This document shows positions 16,524 through 25,334 of a DNA stretch of 30,796 bases, in pieces. Made by a program: the position numbers and the translations under genes. Below the pieces are notes generated by a model, which saw nothing but the letters and a program-made list of their open reading frames with translations, made no database searches and had not been told where the DNA came from. The DNA is taken from IMG/VR virus record IMGVR_UViG_3300032277_000050, positions 1-30,796 of that record, one strand, 5' to 3'. Source of the stretch: a virus (taxonomy: Duplodnaviria > Caudoviricetes). Position 1 is the stretch's first letter. Each line of letters begins with the position of its first letter.

Positions 16524-17192
16524 ATGGCTACATCCGGCAGCACAGATTTTGAGTTAGACGTTTCCGATTACATTGAGGAGGCGTTTGAGCGCTGTGGTCT
16601 TGAGGTTCGTACAGGTTACGACCTAAAGTCTGCCAAGCGGTCGCTCAATTTAATGTTGGCTGAGTGGGCTAACCGAGGGTTGAACCAGTGGACAATTGTT
16701 CAAAGGACGCAAGCCTTAACCCAAGGAACGGGCAATTACGCTTTAAATAACGATGTTATCGACGTTTTATCGGTAATTGTGCGCCGTAGCGGAACTGACT
16801 ATTCTTTAGATCGTCTTAGTCGAGACGAATATTTGTCTATTCCGAACAAAACTACTGAAGGAAGAGCAAACCAGTTTTTCTTGGATCGGCAGGTCACGCC
16901 AGAATTAAAATTGTGGCCGGTTCCCGAGAATAGCACGGATGTTGTAATTTACGATGCTCTTACTCGCATGGATGATGCGGATACGTTTATTAACACAATG
17001 GACATGCCGTTTCGTTTTTATCCTTGTTTAGCCGCGGGCTTAGCCTATTACATAGCGGTAAAAAGAGCTCCAAATAGAGTTCAGCTTTTGAAAGCTATTT
17101 ATGAGGAAGAGTTTGAACGGGCCGCAACAGAAGACAGGGATCGTTCGTCCTTTAACGTAGTGCCGCAATACCAGTATTTTAGGACCACTTAA
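16524..17192 (+). CDS. Putative head-tail adaptor / tail tubular A-like protein
   Basis: IEEAFERCG...AKRSLNLMLAEWANRG, LWPVP, CLAAGLAYYIA; helical-beta-helical adaptor layout; position. Confidence 0.7.
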   Translation: MATSGSTDFELDVSDYIEEAFERCGLEVRTGYDLKSAKRSLNLMLAEWANRGLNQWTIVQRTQALTQGTGNYALNNDVIDVLSVIVRRSGTDYSLDRLSRDEYLSIPNKTTEGRANQFFLDRQVTPELKLWPVPENSTDVVIYDALTRMDDADTFINTMDMPFRFYPCLAAGLAYYIAVKRAPNRVQLLKAIYEEEFERAATEDRDRSSFNVVPQYQYFRTT

Positions 17193-17494
17193 TGGCAAAG
17201 TTCGCAAGCGGTAAAGATTCCTACGCTATTTCAGACCGATCCGGTTTCCGGTATCGGTATAAAGACATGCGTAAAGAATGGAACGGCTTGCTAGTAGGAA
17301 AAGACGAATGGGAGCCAAAACATCCGCAGCTTGGTCCTTTTCGTAAAGTTGTTGATGCAGAGGCTTTAAAGGATGCACGGCCGGATATAGTGGAGCCGTT
17401 TGATGTATATGTAGGGATTCCAACAGTAGAGGCACCTAATTTGCTGCCACCGCAAGGTTTTGGGCAAGTTGGCATGGTTACGGTGACAACATGA
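17192..17494 (+). CDS. Conserved hypothetical protein
   Basis: AISDRSGFRY...EWNGLLV...WEPKHPQL; TAATG overlap. Confidence 0.8.
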   Translation: MAKFASGKDSYAISDRSGFRYRYKDMRKEWNGLLVGKDEWEPKHPQLGPFRKVVDAEALKDARPDIVEPFDVYVGIPTVEAPNLLPPQGFGQVGMVTVTT

Positions 17495-18141
17495 GTTTTA
17501 CATACGCTGAATTACAGCAGGCTATTCAAGATTACACGGAAAACGACGAAACCACGTTTGTTAACAACATTCCGGTGTTTATTAGAAATTCCGAAGAGCG
17601 TATTCTCAAAAACGTGCAGCTTAGCTTGTTTCGGAAAAATGTCGCAGGAGCCTTGACCGCCTCAAATAAGTTTTTGGCCTGCCCGTCAGATTTCCTTGCG
17701 CCGTATTCCTTGTCATATACAGATGCGAGCAATGACGCTAATTTCCTTGATTTTAAGGATGCGGATTATGTGCAGCAGTTCAATCCGGACCCTACGACGG
17801 AAGGCGGTCCGCGATATTATGCTGTTTTTGATATAACTAACTTTATTATCGGGCCGACACCGGATGCAAGCTACGCGGTAGAGTTGCATTATTTTTATCG
17901 CCCTGCCAGTTTGACAGCGGGTGCAGGAACTGGAACTACATGGCTCAGTGAAAATGCTGAGCTAGCTATGCTGTATGGTAGCTTGATGGAAGCTTATATA
18001 TTTATGAAGGGCGAACCTGATATGCAAGCGCTGTACGAAAAGCGGTTTAGTGAGTCTATTATGGGTTTGAAGATGTTTGGGGAGTCTAAAGAGGTAACCG
18101 ACGAATATCGGACAGGAAAGATAATTAGGCCAAAACAATGA
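17491..18141 (+). CDS. Putative second adaptor / head-completion protein
   Basis: TYAELQQAIQDYTEN, GPRYYA, IGPTPD, MLYGSLMEAYIFMK; same layout as 16524-17192. Confidence 0.65.
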   Translation: MSFTYAELQQAIQDYTENDETTFVNNIPVFIRNSEERILKNVQLSLFRKNVAGALTASNKFLACPSDFLAPYSLSYTDASNDANFLDFKDADYVQQFNPDPTTEGGPRYYAVFDITNFIIGPTPDASYAVELHYFYRPASLTAGAGTGTTWLSENAELAMLYGSLMEAYIFMKGEPDMQALYEKRFSESIMGLKMFGESKEVTDEYRTGKIIRPKQ

Positions 18142-18434
18142 TAAAAGCTTTAGAAGTAGACATCCCTGCGGATTACAAAGTTTTGGTAGAGACCACCGAG
18201 AAACGAGGGTTTACGCCAGAAGAAGTTGCAGAACGCTGTGCAGACAGGATCATTCAAATATCGGACACCGCTCATCCGGGCATCCGCGACCAAGCTCATG
18301 CGTTTAGACAACATATGGTCAAGGTTTTAGCTTTTTACATGCGTGAAGCAATAAAAAGTGATAGAACTACAACATATAACGCCCTATCAGAGGCAGGTTA
18401 TAAAGAACTTGCTGAACAACTAAGGAGACTGTGA
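18138..18434 (+). CDS. Hypothetical protein
   Basis: 98 aa, ATGA overlap, fits the operon. Confidence 0.75.
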   Translation: MIKALEVDIPADYKVLVETTEKRGFTPEEVAERCADRIIQISDTAHPGIRDQAHAFRQHMVKVLAFYMREAIKSDRTTTYNALSEAGYKELAEQLRRL

Positions 18435-18435
18435 C

Positions 18436-18870
18436 ATGGCATTTACGGGCAATTTTATGTGTACAAGCTTTAAGAAAGAGTTACTTGAAGCCAAGCACAA
18501 TTTTTTGGCGTCTGGGGGAAATAGTTTTAAACTAGCCCTATACACTAACAGTGCTTCGTTTACTGCGGCTACCACCGCATATACGACTTCAAACGAAGTA
18601 TCTGGAACGGGGTATTCTGCGGGGGGTTCAGCGTTAACAAACATTAACCCGACCACCTCTGGAACCACGGCTTTTACAGATTTTGCTGATTTGACGTTTT
18701 CTTCGGCTACTATTACGGCGAGGGGCGCACTTATTTATAACGACACCGCAGCAGGAGACCCCTCTGTAGTTGTTCTAGATTTTGGTGCGGACAAAACATC
18801 TACCGCTGGTGATTTTACCATTGTATTCCCAACGGCTGACGCGAGTAACGCAATTATTCGGATTGCTTAA
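18436..18870 (+). CDS. Putative tail structural protein
   Basis: RBS AAGGAG; CTSFKKELL, FKLALYT, EVSGTGYSAGG, ITARGALIYN, VLDFGADK. Confidence 0.75.
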   Translation: MAFTGNFMCTSFKKELLEAKHNFLASGGNSFKLALYTNSASFTAATTAYTTSNEVSGTGYSAGGSALTNINPTTSGTTAFTDFADLTFSSATITARGALIYNDTAAGDPSVVVLDFGADKTSTAGDFTIVFPTADASNAIIRIA

Positions 18871-19565
18871 TGGCTGATGTAATCGTTCCAATAGGCGGCT
18901 GGGGTCGCTCTGGTTGGGGCGAAGGCCCGTGGGGTCAAAGCAGTTTTCCGTTTGCTACGACGTCTGTTGGATCCGTCACAGTCACAGCAGACGCCAACGC
19001 TCCGGCAACTGGTCTTGAGGCAACCGCAGCGGTTGGCTCTGTTACCATAACAGCAGACGCCAACACTGGCGTCACTGGCTTGGAAGCCACGGGTGGCGTA
19101 GGCTCTGTAACAGCTACGGGCACCGCTATTGTTTCTCCAACTGGTCTAGCGGCCACGGGTGGCGTAGGTTCAGCCACAGTTACCGCAGATTCCAACACTG
19201 GCGTCACTGGCTTGGAAGCTACGGCGTCTGTTGGATCCGTCACAGTCACCGCAAATGCGGATGTATCACCCACTGGACTGGAAGCCACCGGCGCGGTTGG
19301 CTCAGTTGAAGTAGGCATTTTTGTTTCCGTGGATGTGACGGGCGTATCGGCCACTACGTCGGTTGGTACGGTAACCACGACAGCGGATGCAAATGTCTCG
19401 GTGTCTGGTTTGCAAGGTACTGGAAATGTAGGACAGGTCTTAGTTTGGGGAACTATTGTGCCAAATCAAAATGCAGGGTATAATACGATCAGCCCAAGTC
19501 AGACGCCAGCTTGGTCAGACGAAACTCCGTCACAGACACCGGGTTGGGGTCAAATAGCAGCTTAG
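18870..19565 (+). CDS. Repeat-rich putative tail fibre/appendage protein
   Basis: WG-rich N-terminus then about eight 22-aa repeats TGLEATxxVGSVTVTADANxxV. Confidence 0.75.
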   Translation: MADVIVPIGGWGRSGWGEGPWGQSSFPFATTSVGSVTVTADANAPATGLEATAAVGSVTITADANTGVTGLEATGGVGSVTATGTAIVSPTGLAATGGVGSATVTADSNTGVTGLEATASVGSVTVTANADVSPTGLEATGAVGSVEVGIFVSVDVTGVSATTSVGTVTTTADANVSVSGLQGTGNVGQVLVWGTIVPNQNAGYNTISPSQTPAWSDETPSQTPGWGQIAA

Positions 19566-19578
19566 AAGGGTTAAAAGA

Positions 19579-22302
19579 ATGGCAAGCACATATACGGTTA
19601 ACATTGGTATTGAGAAACCGGGGACCGGGGATCAGTCTGGTACTTGGGGCAACACTACCAACACCAATTTTGATATTATTGACCAAGCAACAAACGGAAT
19701 TGCTACGGTCACGTTAGCTGCTGCGGGCACTTCGGGTTCACCCAACACGCTGTTAATTAACAATGGTGCACTGTCTGATGGGCGCAATCGCTTTATTGAG
19801 TTTAATGACGGTGCAGATTTAGGCGCAACAGCTTATGTGCAGCTTGATCCAAACGATGCCGAAAAGATTGTACACATCCGCAACAGCTTGTCTGCTTCAC
19901 GCGGCCTTATTCTTTTCCAAGGCACATATAATGCTTCCAATGATTTTATAGTTCCAAACGGGGCGGACGTTTTAGTAAAGTTTAATGGTGGCGGCACGGG
20001 AGCAACGGTTACTGACGTAAATGCTAATCTAGCGGTTAGTCAATTATCTTTGATTGACGGAAACAAGGCTGTCTTCGGTTCTGGGTCTGACTTGCAGATT
20101 TACCACGATGGGTCGCATAGCCGGATTGCGGATGCTGGAACTGGCGACTTAAAAATCGGCACGTCTGGTGGTGCGGTTCGTATCACTGCGAATGGTGTTA
20201 CTGATGATATGATTGTAGCAAATCAGGGCGGGTCAGTAAGTCTTTCTCACTCTGGTAGCACTAAACTAGCCACCACCTCTTTTGGCGCACAAGTAACAGG
20301 AAGTTTAGCGGTTGATACAATAACAAACGCAACTGCAAGCACTGATGTAACGATTGATACTAACTTTAATATCATTTTAGATGGCGCAAACGTGGGCATT
20401 AATGCTAGTTCGCCAACTTTAACGGGCTTTGGTTCAGGAACAAACGGCCTTGAAATCGCCGATGCAACCCTTGCAGGAATTAGATTAAACGGCAATGCGG
20501 CTGATTCTTTGTATTTTGTATCAGGCTCATCAAAACATTGGATATATGGTAAAGGTGCTGTCCCACTTACATTTAGCACAAACGCCTCAGAACGTATGCG
20601 CATCGACAGCAGCGGTAACGTAGGCATTGGAAGTACTTCGCCTGCTACTAAACTTGAGGTAGCAGGGGCTGTATCTTCAACAGGCACAGGGGCTGGTAAC
20701 GCAGCTTTTAAGTTACAAGAAGCAAGCAACAATCCGTGGTATTTAATGCAGTTTACCGGAGGTGCTTTTAGTCTAAATTACAATGGCACTACTGGTGGGG
20801 CGTCAACATTACTTGTGGACAGCAGCGGCAACGTGGGCATTGGGACGACTTCGCCTGCTTCTGATGCAGGTTTAAGTAAGGTTGTTGAGATAGAGGCGGC
20901 TACAGCAGGATTTAAAGCAACTGCCACTGGCGGTTCTTCAGTGGAAGTTTATTCTGCTTCTGCAGCCTCTTATGTAGACACAACCACAAATCACCCTATT
21001 GTTTTTAGGCCTAATAAATCAGAACGCATGCGCATCAACACCAACGGCAACGTTGGCATCAATCGTACACCATCATATGAACTTGATGTAGGTGCGAGTG
21101 ATAATGCTGGTTCAGAAATTCGGATAATCGCTGGTAGTGACAGCGGCGCAGATGCCGTTTTGAGAATACAATGCACTGCAACTGCGGGGACAAGAGATAG
21201 TGCGATTTATTTTGGCGATAGTGCAAATACCTCAATTGGTCGGATTACATATGGTCACTCAAATGACGATATGCGGTTTTTTACTAATGGCGCAGAAAAG
21301 ATGCGTCTTAATAATGTAGGCCGTTGGTGGGTTGGTCAAGCAATAGGAACTATTTTGAATGGTAATGGTGGCGAAGCCAAAACTGGAATGATGCACTATA
21401 GTAATGATCAAAATTCTTTCACTACTATTCAGTCAAATGGTTCAAATTCTCCTTTGTATGTGACAAACGGCCCTGACAGATCGGGTACTGGCCTTATACA
21501 ATTCGGTGACAATGGTAGTAATGTGGGTGCTATTGGGGACGCGGGTGGCAGAATATTTTTTGCAGACAACAATCAAAATATGGGGATTTCCTTTTTCGCA
21601 TCTTGTTTACTTCCCACCAATATCAATGGACTTGCAGTAGATAACTTTTATGATTGTGGACACCCTAGCTACAGATGGGACGATATTCGTGCCACCAACG
21701 GCACTATTCAAACATCTGACGCAAACGAAAAACAGCAAATCGCAGCCCTAACTAACGCTGAAATCACAGCAGCTAAAGCCATTAGCGTATTGTTCAAGAC
21801 GTTCAAGTGGAACAGCGCAGTTGAAGCCAAGGGCGATGCAGCTAGAACACACGCTGGTGTAATCGCACAGGACGTTCAAGCAGCTATGACTGCCGCTGGC
21901 TTGGATGCTGGTGACTATGCGTTCTTCATTATTGATACTTGGTGGGAAACACAGACTGAAGTTCCTGCTGTTGAGGCTGTTGAGGCTGTGGATGCAGTCT
22001 ATGAGGATGTTGTTATTCCAGCGGTTGAGGAAGAACTTGATGAGGAAGGCAACGTTATTGTTGAGGCACAACCAGAACGCATTGAATCTCGCCTTGTTAG
22101 CGAGGCTATTGTGCCTGTAGAAGCCGTTGATGCCTACACACGCACTGACACTTACGACACAGCAGAGGAAGCCCCAGAGGGTGCTACAGAGCGCACACGG
22201 ATGGGCATCCGCTATCCTGAGTTGCTTGCCTTTGTAGGTGCTGCAACTGAACAGCGTCTGGCTAATATTGAAACACGCCTAGCAGCGTTGGAGGCTAACT
22301 AA
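19579..22302 (+). CDS. Tail fibre/spike with C-terminal intramolecular chaperone (peptidase S74)
   Basis: TWGNTTNTN anchor; repeated ERMRIxxxGNVGI; TIQTSDANEK cleavage motif, HAGVIAQDV, GIRYPELL, terminal coiled coil. Confidence 0.88.
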   Translation: MASTYTVNIGIEKPGTGDQSGTWGNTTNTNFDIIDQATNGIATVTLAAAGTSGSPNTLLINNGALSDGRNRFIEFNDGADLGATAYVQLDPNDAEKIVHIRNSLSASRGLILFQGTYNASNDFIVPNGADVLVKFNGGGTGATVTDVNANLAVSQLSLIDGNKAVFGSGSDLQIYHDGSHSRIADAGTGDLKIGTSGGAVRITANGVTDDMIVANQGGSVSLSHSGSTKLATTSFGAQVTGSLAVDTITNATASTDVTIDTNFNIILDGANVGINASSPTLTGFGSGTNGLEIADATLAGIRLNGNAADSLYFVSGSSKHWIYGKGAVPLTFSTNASERMRIDSSGNVGIGSTSPATKLEVAGAVSSTGTGAGNAAFKLQEASNNPWYLMQFTGGAFSLNYNGTTGGASTLLVDSSGNVGIGTTSPASDAGLSKVVEIEAATAGFKATATGGSSVEVYSASAASYVDTTTNHPIVFRPNKSERMRINTNGNVGINRTPSYELDVGASDNAGSEIRIIAGSDSGADAVLRIQCTATAGTRDSAIYFGDSANTSIGRITYGHSNDDMRFFTNGAEKMRLNNVGRWWVGQAIGTILNGNGGEAKTGMMHYSNDQNSFTTIQSNGSNSPLYVTNGPDRSGTGLIQFGDNGSNVGAIGDAGGRIFFADNNQNMGISFFASCLLPTNINGLAVDNFYDCGHPSYRWDDIRATNGTIQTSDANEKQQIAALTNAEITAAKAISVLFKTFKWNSAVEAKGDAARTHAGVIAQDVQAAMTAAGLDAGDYAFFIIDTWWETQTEVPAVEAVEAVDAVYEDVVIPAVEEELDEEGNVIVEAQPERIESRLVSEAIVPVEAVDAYTRTDTYDTAEEAPEGATERTRMGIRYPELLAFVGAATEQRLANIETRLAALEAN

Positions 22303-22655
22303 TGGCTAACACATACACATGGGATTTCCCAACATTAGACACAGCCCCTTCTGAAGATGGCTTGTCAGACGTAATCAAAACAATTCACTGGCGCATCACC
22401 GCTGTCAGTGACAGTGAGCAAGACGCAGATGATAATTATCTGTCAGCATCAGTGTACGGCACAGCGGCCCCTGAACTAGACCCAGATAACTTTGTAGCAT
22501 TTAACAGTGTGACAAGGGACTGGTGCAAAGAAAAGGTGCTTGCTTCACTGGATAAGACAGAAGCAGAAATGCAAGAAACTCTGGACACCCAGATTGACAA
22601 CCTTGCTAACCCACCTATCGTACAAAAAGTACCTTCTAACTGGAGCGCGGAATGA
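22302..22655 (+). CDS. Tail-fibre-associated hypothetical protein
   Basis: 117 aa, TAATG-coupled to the fibre gene. Confidence 0.75.
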   Translation: MANTYTWDFPTLDTAPSEDGLSDVIKTIHWRITAVSDSEQDADDNYLSASVYGTAAPELDPDNFVAFNSVTRDWCKEKVLASLDKTEAEMQETLDTQIDNLANPPIVQKVPSNWSAE

Positions 22656-22879
22656 CTGAAAAAACCAATGTAATTACCATTAACGGCAGGGACTACGAAG
22701 AGTCCACTATGGACGGTCAGCAGCTTTATCTAATTAACCAGATCCGTGATCTGCAAAGCAAGGCGGCGTCTCTTCGTTTCCAGCTTGACCAAATACAAGC
22801 CGCGCAAGATGTCTTTACAAATGGTCTTATCGCATCAGTAGAAGAAAGCGATAAAGACGAAGTAGCTATAGCGAACTAA
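22652..22879 (+). CDS. Small coiled-coil hypothetical protein
   Basis: 75 aa; ITINGRDY then heptads; ATGA overlap. Confidence 0.75.
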   Translation: MTEKTNVITINGRDYEESTMDGQQLYLINQIRDLQSKAASLRFQLDQIQAAQDVFTNGLIASVEESDKDEVAIAN

Positions 22880-22885
22880 TGTCAT

Positions 22886-24811
22886 ATGCCATTAACCAAA
22901 CTGCAATTCAGACCGGGTGTTAACAGAGAGACCACCTCATATACTAATGAGGGCGGATGGTTTGACTGTGATAAGGTTCGTTTTCGGTTTGGTACGCCTG
23001 AAAAGATAGGCGGCTGGGAAAAGCAGTCGTCAAACAGCTTTTTAGGTACGTGTCGTGCGTTGCACCCGTTTGTAGCACTTTCTGGGGAGTCCTATTTAAG
23101 CGTAGGTACGCACCTGAAGTATTACATTAACGAGGGCGGCGCTTACAACGATATCACACCCCTCCGTGAAACAACGGCAGCGGGTGCGGTGACGTTTTCG
23201 GCTACTGACGGGTCTTCCACAATCACCGTGACAGATACAAGTCACGGTGCATTAGAGAATGACTTTGTGACATTTAGCGGCGCTGTAACGCTTGGGGGCG
23301 ACATTACCGCGGACATACTCAACCAAGAGTATCAGATTACCGCGATTGTAAATTCCAACACCTACGAGATTGAAGCCCGCGCAGTAGCTACTCTGGCGGA
23401 TATCACAATAGATGGTCAATACACACCAACTCTTGTAGTAGCTAACGCGTCGGATACCGGAAACGGCGGCGCGTCAGTGGTTGGTGCATATCAGGTAAAT
23501 ACTGGTTTGGACACAACCGTAGCGGGTACCGGTTGGGGCGCTGGCACTTGGGGACGTGGTGCGTGGGGTTCGGCCGCTAGTTTGACAGCTATTGGCAGCA
23601 TTCTACGGATTTGGGGTCACGACAATTTCGGCGAAGATTTAGTGTTTAATATCCGCGATGGTGGCCTTTTTTATTGGGATAAAAGCACGAGTTCCGCACC
23701 TTTTGCTCGCGCGGTAGCGCTTTCCGATTTAGCTGGTGCGGACCCTACAACACCGACGATTGCGAAGCAGGTGCTTGTTTCAGACAGAGACAGGCACATT
23801 ATTGTTTTTGGGTGTGACCCAGAAAATGATATCGGCGTTCAAGACCCGCTATTAATTCGGTTTTCGGATCAAGGCAATCCGATTGTTTGGCAGTCTTTAG
23901 CGACAAACACCGCGGGGGATTTGCGGATTGGTTCAGGGTCTCAGATTATAACGGCGGTAGAAACCCGTCAGCAGGTGCTAGTGTTTACGGATGTTTCGCT
24001 TCATGCGATGCAGTTTTTGGGGCCTCCGTTTACTTTTGGTATTAACGAGATATCCACTAATATCACCATTGCCGGTCCTTTAGCGTCTATTGCTGTAGAA
24101 GATACGGTCTTTTGGATGGGCCGGGAAGAGTTCTACGTCTTTAACGGACAGGTTCAAAAGCTGCCCTGCTCTGTGCGTTCTTACGTTTTTAATGACTTTA
24201 ACGAAACGCAGGCTGAAAAAGTAACCGCGGGGGTCAACAGCAGCTTTTCTGAGGTCTGGTGGTTATACCCATCAGCGGGGTCAGATAACATTGACCGCTA
24301 TGTTGTGTACAATTACCAAGAACAGGTTTGGTACTACGGCACTTTGGCGCGGTCGGTTTGGCTGGACCGCGGCATTAACCAGTTCCCCCTAGCGGCAGGT
24401 CTGGACGGTTACTTGTACTTGCACGAAAGGGGCTTGGACGACGGCAGCACAACTCCGGCAGTGGCAATATCTGCCTATATTGAGAGCAGTCAGATGGATA
24501 TTGGCGACGGAGAAAACTTCGTCTTTATGCGCCGGTTGATACCAGATTTGACGTTTGATTCGTCTACGGCGGCATCTCCGCAGGCAGATTTTACCTTACA
24601 GACTAGAAACTACCCGGGTGGACCGTACTTACAAACTAGCACGGACGCTGTTACGCGAACGGCTACAGTGCCTGTAGAACAGTTTACCAATCAGGTAAAT
24701 CTAAGGCTTCGGGGTCGGTCCTTTGCTTTAAAGATTGCGTCTAGTGATACGGGTGTAGCGTGGCGGTTAGGGTCGCCCCGAGTAGATATACGTCCAGATG
24801 GTAGGCGCTAA
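22886..24811 (+). CDS. Tail tubular protein B / DNA stabilization protein (P22 gp10-like nozzle)
   Basis: 641 aa beta-propeller-like; PEKIGGW, LIRFSDQ, NTAGDLRI, VFWMG, RLRGR; located just before the ejection proteins. Confidence 0.75.
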   Translation: MPLTKLQFRPGVNRETTSYTNEGGWFDCDKVRFRFGTPEKIGGWEKQSSNSFLGTCRALHPFVALSGESYLSVGTHLKYYINEGGAYNDITPLRETTAAGAVTFSATDGSSTITVTDTSHGALENDFVTFSGAVTLGGDITADILNQEYQITAIVNSNTYEIEARAVATLADITIDGQYTPTLVVANASDTGNGGASVVGAYQVNTGLDTTVAGTGWGAGTWGRGAWGSAASLTAIGSILRIWGHDNFGEDLVFNIRDGGLFYWDKSTSSAPFARAVALSDLAGADPTTPTIAKQVLVSDRDRHIIVFGCDPENDIGVQDPLLIRFSDQGNPIVWQSLATNTAGDLRIGSGSQIITAVETRQQVLVFTDVSLHAMQFLGPPFTFGINEISTNITIAGPLASIAVEDTVFWMGREEFYVFNGQVQKLPCSVRSYVFNDFNETQAEKVTAGVNSSFSEVWWLYPSAGSDNIDRYVVYNYQEQVWYYGTLARSVWLDRGINQFPLAAGLDGYLYLHERGLDDGSTTPAVAISAYIESSQMDIGDGENFVFMRRLIPDLTFDSSTAASPQADFTLQTRNYPGGPYLQTSTDAVTRTATVPVEQFTNQVNLRLRGRSFALKIASSDTGVAWRLGSPRVDIRPDGRR

Positions 24812-25107
24812 TGTCTAGGGGTCTGGTACAACCGCAATTTCCACTTGCACCTCAAGCATATACTCAGAGGTATATGTCGGAGGTTGTGCGGTCATTTTCG
24901 GTGTTTTTGCAGCAGGTAAACAATCCGGGGCCTTGGCAGGCCTCTTCGTTAGCTCTACCGAATTTGCAGCAGGATAACTTCGGTCTTCGCATAGGAGATG
25001 TATTTCAACATGGGGACGAGTTGCGGATAACGGTGGCAAATAAGCCTTATCCGCGGGGTTCCGCAGCAACAGGGGCCGTGGGTGTCGTCACGGTATCAAC
25101 ACCATGA
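24811..25107 (+). CDS. Hypothetical protein
   Basis: 98 aa, TAATG overlap. Confidence 0.7.
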   Translation: MSRGLVQPQFPLAPQAYTQRYMSEVVRSFSVFLQQVNNPGPWQASSLALPNLQQDNFGLRIGDVFQHGDELRITVANKPYPRGSAATGAVGVVTVSTP

Positions 25108-25334
25108 GTGAAACAATTATTATAATGGCGGACGGATCTAAGTGGCGTCCTTCTACAAGCAGAGACGTAGTAAGCTGTGTTTCTTGCGACAACGAGGTGG
25201 ATACCCCAGAGGAAGTTTTGTCCTATCCAACCGGTAACTGCCCAAATTGCGGTAACCCGTGGACTGGAAGTGAAAAAAGAAGTACAATGATCACGGTAAC
25301 GATGCCTCAAGGGTTATCAGGCGGAGCAGGCTAA
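25104..25334 (+). CDS. Small zinc-ribbon protein
   Basis: CVSC...CPNC; overlaps both neighbours. Confidence 0.75.
   Translation: MSETIIIMADGSKWRPSTSRDVVSCVSCDNEVDTPEEVLSYPTGNCPNCGNPWTGSEKRSTMITVTMPQGLSGGAG

Noticed and set aside
16214-16543. Minus-strand ORF with YHATAAHLL repeats
   Set aside because: Antisense reading of the 27-bp repeat; the + strand frame has the RBS and synonymous-only variation.
19579-22302. Diversity-generating retroelement or invertible tail-fibre cassette
   Set aside because: No reverse transcriptase or invertase in the window; repeat mismatches are not adenine-specific and repeats are direct.
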